DNA of 64,000 nucleotides, from positions 248,001 through 312,000 of IMG/VR virus record IMGVR_UViG_3300033997_000478. One strand, written 5' to 3'. Positions 36,801-44,472 of the stretch are shown piece by piece. The position numbers were made by a program, and so were the translations under genes. The stretch's first letter is position 1, and each line of letters opens with the position of its first letter. The notes below the pieces were generated by a model, which ran no database searches, was not told the DNA's origin, and saw nothing but the letters and a program-made list of their open reading frames with translations.

Positions 36801-37182
36801 TGAGCAGCTTGTTGGACAGGATCTCCAGGATCTTCTCGGCACTGATCGTCCACACACCGCCCAGGGTCTGGTAGTTGTACTCGATCGCACCTTGCAGGGT
36901 CTGATCGTAGAACACGAACGAACCGTAGATGCGATCTGCACACGCCAGCGAGGCGTCGTGGAAGTAGTGGCCCGGCGCCCAGTCCTGACCTTGGATCAGT
37001 TCTCGACGGGAGGGCAGCAGGTACATCTTCACCGAGTCAGCGAAGTACGGGGCCGCCGCCGGAAGAACGAAGTGGTACTGACCCAACTCAGGCGGTGCGA
37101 TCGGCTGACGCTCGGCCGTGATCTTGTTGGTAGCGGCCTTACCCGTCGGGTCAAACGGGTAGGCAACTTGAGGGTTGCTCAT
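33823..37182 (-). CDS. Tail fibre protein D (1119 aa): 7 His-repeats plus C-terminal globular domains
   Basis: GGAG RBS. N-terminal YPFDPTG..ATNKI..E motif related to the N-terminus of fibre C, and NPH.TK.QVGL repeats. Confidence 0.85.
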   Translation of the reverse strand: MSNPQVAYPFDPTGKAATNKITAERQPIAPPELGQYHFVLPAAAPYFADSVKMYLLPSRRELIQGQDWAPGHYFHDASLACADRIYGSFVFYDQTLQGAIEYNYQTLGGVWTISAEKILEILSNKLLNPRRVNWEQIVNLPIAFPVIDHEWHLDDMVGAKELEAALNGIRDAILASGSEGLTNHINDKNNPHQVTKSQVGLGNVQNYPVADIATAQAGVSNSHYLTVLRGAQMMQALYGNRMDQHINDSNNPHNTTKAQVGLSNVENNPTATQAEAEAGTATNRFLTVLRGKQLVDIFAVAPLNTHINNKNNPHAVTKAQVGLGNVQNFGKADTVAAQLGVADDVVMTPLTTKAAIDAIALAPITSHVNDTNNPHNTTKAQVGLDQVPNFGPATQAEAEEGNVNNKLLTVLRGRQMVAALFQPTITNHINDSSNPHGTTKAQVGLANVPNFAAADDMQALAGTANNLLMTPRGVALYVANNGGGSSGPELAAHLADLNNPHQVNKEQVGLGNVDNFKTATSIEAQGGTLNNVWLTPLTGKALIDATIGVSLTQHTGARNNPHQVTAEQVGAYDKATTDNKLNAKLDKTGVAADSTKFAGQTYAQVMEALAPMVTYPANTSSVGNSWTKLGSTVIPSNLLANPVPDIVAYVTGGDDYARLASSTYLIRLSPRAMGRSSVTLMEEESNANVVFGYVYTDVTNGKELTLYMRTNGPRQAATATVLSQNASNQFYVNTNSVTNAEPAGIVYLSRVLPPYANPRATFGDVNFGDFPGSANRNQIVGSLVEQVPVATTDADELTIRGLSNSVKDDYPQWLPSSAAGNQNYYADQQILDDWVWDDTAGAIQLETTTVPNTGALLSPEASLNYTFEVDVSSNFDAAKGAGVIAASVVSGGRQYTLAVIRTPGGMNKISDQPGGEVYTLLSVVLNPLQNDGRKIAGKNGLLKWGDGQVQDTRPPADFIEAGKGWSTNGATRIRVKRAGNILTIDTSQYGATAYVASEQIVIDLADTPTLSMFVDAPSQWGLISLRQPNVSFKVVSRPRQYKDYIRIGATGDKDKQRYYTYNGTAWEYAYLGINHPAARPGRLYFSDYNGILYQSQRNARLRPVLVEAYTRSNTTFMTP

Positions 37183-37211
37183 TGTTGAAATTCTCCAGCG
37201 AGGACGCCATC

Positions 37212-37251
37212 GTATGGCACGATGTTAAAATATACGTGTACCATAACATAG
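37212..37251. promoter_or_regulatory. Divergent late-promoter candidates (TATG on both strands)
   Basis: AT-rich intergenic region with GTATGG (+, 37212) and TACCATAACATAG (two minus-strand TATG). TATG is the described phiKZ late-promoter core. Only a 4-mer. Confidence 0.4.
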
Positions 37252-37310
37252 CTATTTGGCCCCCACTGGTACGCGTTTAAAGACCCACATTTCTCAGGAG
37301 TTTCCATCCC

Positions 37311-38555
37311 ATGTCTTACACGCTTGTAGCGGCCAAAGCCCGCTCTCGTGGGCTCGATGCTGAGTGGGCCGAGGTCGACATTTCCGCAGTGACGATCAAG
37401 GTTCTGTTTGAGCGCTACGCCCGCATCTGGGTCACGCTCACGCACCCGACGCTGGTCAAGCCCGAGTACCTCGAGCTGAGCACCATGCGCGATGAGCTCT
37501 CCAGTCAGCACTACATGAACACCGTCCAGCAGTGGCTGGACACGCTGGGCAACCGAGCACTGCCCACCGAACCGGTGCTGCCCGAACTGAAGCTGCGACG
37601 CGTCCATTATCAGGATGCATGGCGCAGTGGCTACGACATCAAGCCGATCGATCGTTTCCGTGCTTCTGATGCCGAGCTTCCGGAAGGGGCCAAGAACGAT
37701 CTACTGCTGTCCAAGGAAGGCATCGACTTCCGCAGTCAGTGGCGCTACTGCATGGTCACCGTCAACGGCTTCTTCCATCGCGTCGGTGGTCAGATCGAAG
37801 GTCTGGAAGTGATCGACGGTGCACGCTCGGGCCGCATCGCCAATGACAACGCCGTGGGTATCCATTCCTTCAAGGAAGTCGGCGCGTTGGAGTACATCCC
37901 GATCACCCCGCAGATGATCTACCGACTGGACAGTCGTCAGAAGTACGCTGACGCCATGCACATCCAACTGCCGGCCGGTTCGGAAGGCAAGACGGTTCTG
38001 CTGGTGATGGGCGGCTACCTGCATGTGCTCGATGACATGTACTCCCGTCCGAGTCCGAACAGCATCCGCATCAACACCAAGCTGCTGGCACTGCCCGAGC
38101 GCATCTTCGAGAGTCGCAAGTTCATCGATCTGTCCAGCCTGCCGATGCAGTTGCTGGAAGGTGACAAGAACGTGTTGGGCGTGCAGGATCTGTACTCCGA
38201 CGAAAACCTGGTGGCGTACATGTGCTTGCCGCAGTCCTATCTGGTCATGCTCAAGACCGAGGACTTCTTCTTGCGTCGTCATCCGGTGACCTCCTGCGGT
38301 CTGCCGGGTCGCTTCCTGGTGCCGGGTGAGAACAAGCGCTTCCCGCTGTTCGGCGGACTGGGTCGTTGCTACGATCACCGCGTGTTCAACGACTGGGGCA
38401 CGCAGGTTCTGGCGACCAACGACAACTGGCGCTTCAACTACCTGTTCCGCACCACGCACTGGCGCGAGAACCAAACCATCGACGATTCGCTGGAAGGTAA
38501 CAACCACAAACAGTTTGTGGACGCCTTCTATCTGGAAATGGGTCGTTTCCAATAA
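37311..38555 (+). CDS. Virion structural protein candidate (414 aa)
   Basis: AGGAG RBS, long ORF with typical codon bias, located among virion genes. Confidence 0.7.
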   Translation: MSYTLVAAKARSRGLDAEWAEVDISAVTIKVLFERYARIWVTLTHPTLVKPEYLELSTMRDELSSQHYMNTVQQWLDTLGNRALPTEPVLPELKLRRVHYQDAWRSGYDIKPIDRFRASDAELPEGAKNDLLLSKEGIDFRSQWRYCMVTVNGFFHRVGGQIEGLEVIDGARSGRIANDNAVGIHSFKEVGALEYIPITPQMIYRLDSRQKYADAMHIQLPAGSEGKTVLLVMGGYLHVLDDMYSRPSPNSIRINTKLLALPERIFESRKFIDLSSLPMQLLEGDKNVLGVQDLYSDENLVAYMCLPQSYLVMLKTEDFFLRRHPVTSCGLPGRFLVPGENKRFPLFGGLGRCYDHRVFNDWGTQVLATNDNWRFNYLFRTTHWRENQTIDDSLEGNNHKQFVDAFYLEMGRFQ

Positions 38556-38559
38556 GCGG

Positions 38560-38596
38560 CATAAAGCAGGGGCCCTTCGGGGCCCCTGCACTTATG
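38560..38596. terminator. CATAA..TTATG-flanked hairpin at a convergent junction
   Basis: CATAA-A-GCAGGGGCCC-TTCG-GGGCCCCTGC-AC-TTATG. Confidence 0.8.
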
Positions 38597-39074
38597 CCGG
38601 CATGACGGCGAACGGTACGCGACTCATGAACAGACGGGTGGTGAGCTCGCCCACCACCTTGAACCCCAGCGACGTGTAGAGCTTGATGGCAGCGGCGTTG
38701 CCCGGCATGACGTAAAGCGTCTGCAAATTGTGGTGCTGGATGTATTGCGTTGCCAGACCCAGGCCGCGGTAAGTCGGGGCGATGAAGATCTGCCCCAAAT
38801 GCAGTCGGTTGGCATCATAGCGAGCATACCCCACCAACTCGTCGAACAGATAGATGCCCTCTACCTTCAGGTTGTACACCATGGAGCGATGCAGACGCAG
38901 TACATCCTTGTCGACATCGGTGTTGTCAACCAGATTCCGGCAAAGGAACGGACTCAGATCCTCCCAACTGATCGGTCGATACTCGGGAGCCTTCTGAAGC
39001 TGTAGCTTGCGAGTGAGGTACTTAGCATCCGGCTTCGGTGGGTCGATTTTACCAAAACGATAGTAGTGGTCCAT
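38592..39074 (-). CDS. GNAT-family acetyltransferase (160 aa)
   Basis: IFIAPTYRGLGLA (acetyl-CoA motif A, R/QxxGxG/A) and N.AAIKLY.SLGF (motif B). Confidence 0.85.
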   Translation of the reverse strand: MDHYYRFGKIDPPKPDAKYLTRKLQLQKAPEYRPISWEDLSPFLCRNLVDNTDVDKDVLRLHRSMVYNLKVEGIYLFDELVGYARYDANRLHLGQIFIAPTYRGLGLATQYIQHHNLQTLYVMPGNAAAIKLYTSLGFKVVGELTTRLFMSRVPFAVMPA

Positions 39075-40123
39075 TAAATTGATCCGGTAGGGCCCTTGAT
39101 CGTGGCCGACGACTCGATGCCGTTGGCAGTGATCTTCTGTTGGAAAGTGACCGGACCAGCCCAGGTGGCTTGGTTGCCGGAGGTGTTGGACATGTTGCCG
39201 TTCAGACCGAAGTTGCCCTTCAGGTTGAAGTTGCCTTCCCAGTTGGTCGTGCCGACCTTGACGTTGGCCACAGCTGCTTCCAGATTCAACGTGGCCAGCT
39301 GCATCGTCAGTGTTTCAGTGGCCAGATTGATGGTGTCATCAGCAGCCAGATCGATCTTCTGTGCCTTCAGGTAAAGCTGAAGGGTTTCAAAGGTCATGGT
39401 CTTGCCCGCTTCCATCGAGATGGTTTCCGGGGCATAGACGTAGAAGCTCTTCTGTGCTGCTTGGAACAGCGTGCCGTCGCCGTTCTGCATCGAGATGGCC
39501 TTCAGAACCGACTCGAGCTGGATGAAGTTGCCGTGGCTGTCCTTGATCAGGAACACGCCGTCCTTGGTGTTGAGCTGGAAGCGATACCGGGACAGTTCCT
39601 TGTTGGCATCGGTGGTGTTGATCTCGATCATACCCAAGTGGGTGCTGACGTAGATCGTGTACCAGTTGTTGGGGTCGTCCATGTCCGCATTCTCATCAAC
39701 CGTAGCCGAGAAGCGGAAGCGCACGGTTTCACCCCGGCGCAGGTGGTCATCCCAGCCCAGCTCCTTCCAGTAGAACTGGTCGGTGTCGGCGTAGCGGAAG
39801 ATCAGCACGCGCTCACCACGACGTACGTCCGGGGCAGTATCGCGATTGCTACCGTAGGGTAGCCACATGCAATTCAGGGCGGTGTCGAGCACGACCTTGG
39901 TGCTGTACTCGGTGCCATTGGCACGCACACCCGTGACCGTGGAGTCAAACGGCAGGGAGATCACCTCACCGTCGAGCAGGTTCAGTACCTCAGTGGGTAC
40001 CACCTGAAGCTCCATGGACTCCAGTTCCTTGTTGGATGCAGCTACGCCCATGGAGTACAGGCGCAGCTTGGAAATCTCCGGATCGTCCGGAATCTCCAGC
40101 GGGGCAGATTGATGATCAGACAT
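39074..40123 (-). CDS. Baseplate central spike/puncturing protein (phiKZ gp164-like), 349 aa
   Basis: OB-fold-like N-half (APDVRRGERV), Gp5-like beta-helix repeats, and tapering Asn/Gly repeats at the C-terminus. TAATG overlap with the GNAT gene. Confidence 0.65.
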   Translation of the reverse strand: MSDHQSAPLEIPDDPEISKLRLYSMGVAASNKELESMELQVVPTEVLNLLDGEVISLPFDSTVTGVRANGTEYSTKVVLDTALNCMWLPYGSNRDTAPDVRRGERVLIFRYADTDQFYWKELGWDDHLRRGETVRFRFSATVDENADMDDPNNWYTIYVSTHLGMIEINTTDANKELSRYRFQLNTKDGVFLIKDSHGNFIQLESVLKAISMQNGDGTLFQAAQKSFYVYAPETISMEAGKTMTFETLQLYLKAQKIDLAADDTINLATETLTMQLATLNLEAAVANVKVGTTNWEGNFNLKGNFGLNGNMSNTSGNQATWAGPVTFQQKITANGIESSATIKGPTGSI

Positions 40124-40215
40124 ATTTCAGGCCGTTGATAAGCTCATAACAAGTAACCCGTTATTTCTTTACGCCCACCCTCGAAAGGTATGTACGCTCC
40201 CGATAAGTTCAGGCC

Positions 40216-42678
40216 ATGCGAATTGAGAAATTGGAACTGTTTGGGTTCACGCGACTGACGTTGAAGAACATCCGTCATTTCGTCTACACCCCGCAGTCCC
40301 CCTACCAGTTGATCCTGGGTACCAACGGCTCGGGTAAGAGCTCTGTACTGAGCGAGCTCTCCCCGCTGCCGGCCCACAAGGACAACTTCGAGAAAGACGG
40401 TTACAAGCGCATCACCATTTCCCATCGGGGCAAGACCTACCAGCTGAACTCTGACTTCAAGACCGGCAAGCACAGCTTTGACGTGGACGGTCAGGTTCTC
40501 AACCCCGGTGGTACGGCTGAGGTCCAGAAGACCTTGGTCCAGCAGCACTTCAGCTACACCAAGGAAATCCATGAGTTGGCCACCGGTGAGATTCGCTTCA
40601 CCGAGATGTCGCCCAACGAGCGTCGGCATTGGATCATGATGTTCTCCAAGACCGACTATACCTTTGCCATGAACGCCTTCAAGCGACTGGCGTCTATGCT
40701 GCGCGATCAGACCGGTGCAGCCAAGCACCTGCGGGCACGCCTGCTCAGTGAAACCAACACGCTGGCTTCCTTGCAAGAGGAGCATGGGTTGGAAGAGCGC
40801 GCTGCCAAGTTGCGAGAGGAAATGAATCAGCTGATGCTCGAGCGCATTCCCAACATGCCCTCGCTGACACAGCAACAGCAGCGCCTGTCGCAGCTGTACG
40901 ATCAGGTCCAGCAGTGGTGCAAGGACTACTGGCGCAACCTGACCTACGTGCCTAGCGATAAGAAGTACAGCTCGCTCGATGACGTGCGTATGGACATCCA
41001 ACGCATTGAAACGGGCATCCAGACCTCACAGGCCGTTTTGGATCGCATGGGTTCGGAGTACAATGAGGTCGAGGCACTGATCAACTCGGTGCAGGTTGAT
41101 GCCGGTGAATCGTTGGAAGAACTACCCAACCTGATCGCCGATGCACAACGGGCCATTGGTGAGTTGCAAGATCGCCAGTTCACCTTCCCGCATCTGCTGG
41201 ACCCCGAGCAAGTCCAGCGCGATTGGCTGACCATTCGCACCGAAGTCATCCCGGTCTTCCGTAGTCTACCGGACAACACCGATCGCAAGTTCACGCGCGA
41301 GACGATGCAGCAGGCGCGAGACAAGATCGCCCATTACCAAGGACATGTGGATGTTGGCACCAACAAGATCGAGGCGATGCGTCGTCGCCAAGAGATCATG
41401 TCAGAGGCCAAGGAAACCAAATGTCCCAGCTGTAACTACATCTGGCGTGAAGGGTATTCCGAACTGGAGTACGGTGATCTGAGTCGATGGATCACAGAAC
41501 ACGCTGAGAAGGTCTCTGAGGCCCGCGAACAGATCAAGCAGGCTCAGCTCTTCTTGGAGGAGTGTGAGGTTCACAACGCCAATTATCAGCGTTTCCGTGG
41601 CTTTGTCGGGGGCTACCCTCGCTTGCAGCCGTTGTGGGACTTTATCCTGTCCAATTCACTGCTGTTCAACAACCCGGCCCAGCAGCTGGGTGTGTTTGTG
41701 ACCTGGGAAAACGATCTGGACACCCACGTCAAGCTGGAAGCGGCCCGTCGCCGCCTCAGCCGCTACGAGGAGGTCCAGCAGCGCCATAACGCCATGGGCG
41801 ATGCCGCCCGCTTTGCCAAGCGCATGCGTACCTTGCAAGACGAAATCCAGTTGATGACGGCCCACGTGCTCCGACAGCGTGACGAGCATCGCCGCATCAC
41901 TCGCTTCATGTCCCGCATGACTCAGATCCATGGGATCGTGGCGGATCTGGAACGGACGCAGCTGGAGATCGGACGGATCGAAGGTCAGCTGGTTGATGCA
42001 CTGCGCAACCAAGTGATCGATGAGACGGTCGATACCCATCAGTCTGAGATGGTGGCCATCAATCGCAAGATCTCCGAGAAGGAAGGTCAGGCGGGTCTGG
42101 TGCGTGACATTCAGAACGACTTGAAGAACGTCGAACTGGAAACCTCTGCTCTGCAACTGGTGGTACAGACCTTCTCGCCGAAGGAGGGCTTGATTGCCGA
42201 ACAGCTGGCTGGTGACATTGGCTGTCTGGTTGCTCAGTTGAACTCGATCATCGCCAGCGTCTGGACCTACGAAATGAAGGTGCTGTCCTGCGGCATCGAG
42301 CAGGCCGAACTGGATTACCGCTTCCCGGTGGAATTCAGCCTTGCAGCTGGTTGGCGCTCCAAGGATGTCTCCAAGACCTCCAAGGGCCAGAAGCAGATGT
42401 TTGACATCGCCTTCCACCTGACGGTGATGATGTATCTGGGGTTGGAGAACTACCCGCTGTTCTTGGATGAACCGGGTGAGGGCTTTGACGAACAGCACCG
42501 CATCAACCTGATGTCCTTTGTCAAGCAGCTGATGGACATGAACCAGTTTAGCCAACTGTTCATGGTCTCGCACTACGCTTCCAGCCATGGGTCGTTCACC
42601 AACGCTGAAGTGCTGGTGCTGGATGAAACCAACATCGCTGTCCCCGGCAACTACAACCAACACGTCGTGCTCAATTGA
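40216..42678 (+). CDS. sbcC: SbcC/Rad50-like SMC ATPase (820 aa)
   Basis: Walker A GTNGSGKS, coiled coils, central CPSC zinc hook, signature TSKGQ, Walker B LFLDEP, and H-loop SH. Confidence 0.9.
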   Translation: MRIEKLELFGFTRLTLKNIRHFVYTPQSPYQLILGTNGSGKSSVLSELSPLPAHKDNFEKDGYKRITISHRGKTYQLNSDFKTGKHSFDVDGQVLNPGGTAEVQKTLVQQHFSYTKEIHELATGEIRFTEMSPNERRHWIMMFSKTDYTFAMNAFKRLASMLRDQTGAAKHLRARLLSETNTLASLQEEHGLEERAAKLREEMNQLMLERIPNMPSLTQQQQRLSQLYDQVQQWCKDYWRNLTYVPSDKKYSSLDDVRMDIQRIETGIQTSQAVLDRMGSEYNEVEALINSVQVDAGESLEELPNLIADAQRAIGELQDRQFTFPHLLDPEQVQRDWLTIRTEVIPVFRSLPDNTDRKFTRETMQQARDKIAHYQGHVDVGTNKIEAMRRRQEIMSEAKETKCPSCNYIWREGYSELEYGDLSRWITEHAEKVSEAREQIKQAQLFLEECEVHNANYQRFRGFVGGYPRLQPLWDFILSNSLLFNNPAQQLGVFVTWENDLDTHVKLEAARRRLSRYEEVQQRHNAMGDAARFAKRMRTLQDEIQLMTAHVLRQRDEHRRITRFMSRMTQIHGIVADLERTQLEIGRIEGQLVDALRNQVIDETVDTHQSEMVAINRKISEKEGQAGLVRDIQNDLKNVELETSALQLVVQTFSPKEGLIAEQLAGDIGCLVAQLNSIIASVWTYEMKVLSCGIEQAELDYRFPVEFSLAAGWRSKDVSKTSKGQKQMFDIAFHLTVMMYLGLENYPLFLDEPGEGFDEQHRINLMSFVKQLMDMNQFSQLFMVSHYASSHGSFTNAEVLVLDETNIAVPGNYNQHVVLN

Positions 42679-42747
42679 GCACGACTTTCAAGTGCTGCTT
42701 TCCCGGCAGTCTTACATGAAGTACCAACCCACAGAAGAAAACGCCCA

Positions 42748-43797
42748 ATGAAGCCCTTCACCAACCCTCTCTCCGCCAATCAGCAAGTACTCTCGGGCAG
42801 CGTGGCCATCGTGGCCCATTCCCAGCGTGCGCTGCTGCAACTGCTGACCGAAACCACCCCGCTGCTCAAACCGCAACTGGAGCAACTGCGACAGCAGCTC
42901 GAAGCCGGCCTGAGTCAGGTCGAAGCCAGCGCCCAGCGCGCCGTTCTGGAAGGTCGCGGCGTCAAGGGCAACCTGCGCACGATCTTCTCGATCACCTACG
43001 ACAAGGTCAGCTCGGCCGAAAGCGTCCTGCCGGCCGTCTCCGCCAACCCGGCCACCGCCGAGGGCGTGCTGAAGGCCTTCTACCGTGCGATCGGCATGTA
43101 CACCGAACAGGGTACGATTGCCTGGGCGGCGCCGTTCAAGGAAAGCTTCCCGCGCGGCGTCACCAAGGCGGTCAGCCTCGAAGAAGCTGACAAGTTCGAT
43201 CCGGTCGCGTACTCCTCGGGCATCTACCCGGTACAGGACGGCGAGGACATCCGCGGCTTCATCGTCGTGGTGCGTGTGGACGACAACTCCTTCGTGGTGA
43301 TGTCCAGCCAGAGCGCACCGCAGCTGTACACCTTCGTCGAGATCGAAGGCGAGTGGCTGTCGCACGGTGAGTGGGACTACCTGGACATGGAAGCCTTCCA
43401 GGCCGCCCTGGCCAAGCTGACCGCCGGCAACCTGGGTTCGTTCACCTTCGATGAGAAGAAGTGGGCTGCACTGTTCAAGGCACTGCCGGCCAAGGCATAC
43501 GAAAGCGTTGGCGCCACCTCGCGCGGCGGCACGGGTGCCGAGATCAAGATCGACGAAAACCTCATCCTGAACTTCGATGGCGAGAAGGCCTTCCTGACCG
43601 TGGACAAGGCGCCGTACGGCGAAGTCGGTCCGGAAGAAGAACGCTACATCCCGTTCGTGGCTGGCGAGCAGTTCGACTACTCTTTCCCGTTCCTGAACAA
43701 CAAGTTCAAGTCGCTGGAAGAGCGCTTCAACGACCACATCACCGGCAAGCCGGCCGAGAAGGTCACCAAGGCCGCCACCAAGAAGGCCCGCCGCTAA
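42748..43797 (+). CDS. Hypothetical protein (349 aa), strongly biased codon usage
   Basis: Long ORF with near-exclusive C/G third positions. No motif recognised. Confidence 0.8.
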   Translation: MKPFTNPLSANQQVLSGSVAIVAHSQRALLQLLTETTPLLKPQLEQLRQQLEAGLSQVEASAQRAVLEGRGVKGNLRTIFSITYDKVSSAESVLPAVSANPATAEGVLKAFYRAIGMYTEQGTIAWAAPFKESFPRGVTKAVSLEEADKFDPVAYSSGIYPVQDGEDIRGFIVVVRVDDNSFVVMSSQSAPQLYTFVEIEGEWLSHGEWDYLDMEAFQAALAKLTAGNLGSFTFDEKKWAALFKALPAKAYESVGATSRGGTGAEIKIDENLILNFDGEKAFLTVDKAPYGEVGPEEERYIPFVAGEQFDYSFPFLNNKFKSLEERFNDHITGKPAEKVTKAATKKARR

Positions 43798-43802
43798 GGC
43801 GA

Positions 43803-43837
43803 CATAAGCCCCCTCCCGGACGGGAGGGGGCGTTATG
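43803..43837. terminator. CATAA..TTATG-flanked hairpin at a convergent junction (reverse orientation)
   Basis: CATAA-GCCCCCTCCCG-GA-CGGGAGGGGGC-G-TTATG. Confidence 0.8.
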
Positions 43838-43841
43838 CTGC

Positions 43842-44462
43842 TTACGGGGTGGGCGTACCACCGTGGTCGATGATCCACTGCGTCAGCGCATTGTTCTTGG
43901 CAGTGAGTGCATCCACCAACGCGTTCAGTCGAATGACCTCAGCGTAGGGCGTGGTGCGATTGGTGATCTCCGCCTGACGACGGGTCTCCATGATCTCATG
44001 CTGCTCCTGACTGATCAGGCCGCTGAACGGAGCGATGTGTTCTTGCACCGCCGACTCCACACCGATCGTGTCACTCACCACTTCGGCCACGTTGGCCTTC
44101 AGGTCAGTCAGATCGGTGGTATCCGGCAACGGTCCAAGCAGTACCGAGAGCACCACCCGCTTGTAGGCCACACCGGTGACATCAGGGAAGGCCTCGATGT
44201 AGGTATCCGGCACGTGGATGACCGGCAGGGTCTCCGACTCCAGGGTGATGATGTTTGCACCCAGTGCCAGATCGGCCTCGTACTTGTCCCTGGTTTCGTC
44301 CTTGGGCAAGTAGAAACGCTTGAAGACGTCGTCGCCGCGTTCGATGAAGTCACGGAAGCTACGAATAGCGATGACTTCAAAGACGTGATCAGCCGGCGCA
44401 TTCCACGGCGTCTTGAGCTTGAAGACACCCCTGGCGTGCAGGGGTGGGGTCATGATGGCCAT
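43842..44462 (-). CDS. Virion structural protein candidate (206 aa)
   Basis: GAGGT RBS. The TPP....G.F.L..P.. N-terminus is recalled from phiKZ-like virion proteins. C-terminal coiled coil. Confidence 0.65.
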   Translation of the reverse strand: MAIMTPPLHARGVFKLKTPWNAPADHVFEVIAIRSFRDFIERGDDVFKRFYLPKDETRDKYEADLALGANIITLESETLPVIHVPDTYIEAFPDVTGVAYKRVVLSVLLGPLPDTTDLTDLKANVAEVVSDTIGVESAVQEHIAPFSGLISQEQHEIMETRRQAEITNRTTPYAEVIRLNALVDALTAKNNALTQWIIDHGGTPTP

Positions 44463-44472
44463 GGGCTACCTC

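Noticed and set aside
31690-37182. Periodic DNA repeats (about 180 bp) that could suggest a CRISPR array or VNTR
   Set aside because: They are coding His-repeats with synonymous variation. There are no identical direct repeats with unique spacers and no cas genes.
33958-37188. 1076-aa plus-strand ORF, and similar long antisense ORFs (507-1652, 1759-3240, 23412-25202, 27507-29081, 31639-33798, 44413-46254, 49278-50957, 51877-53535)
   Set aside because: All lie antisense to well-supported genes and show mirror-codon composition.
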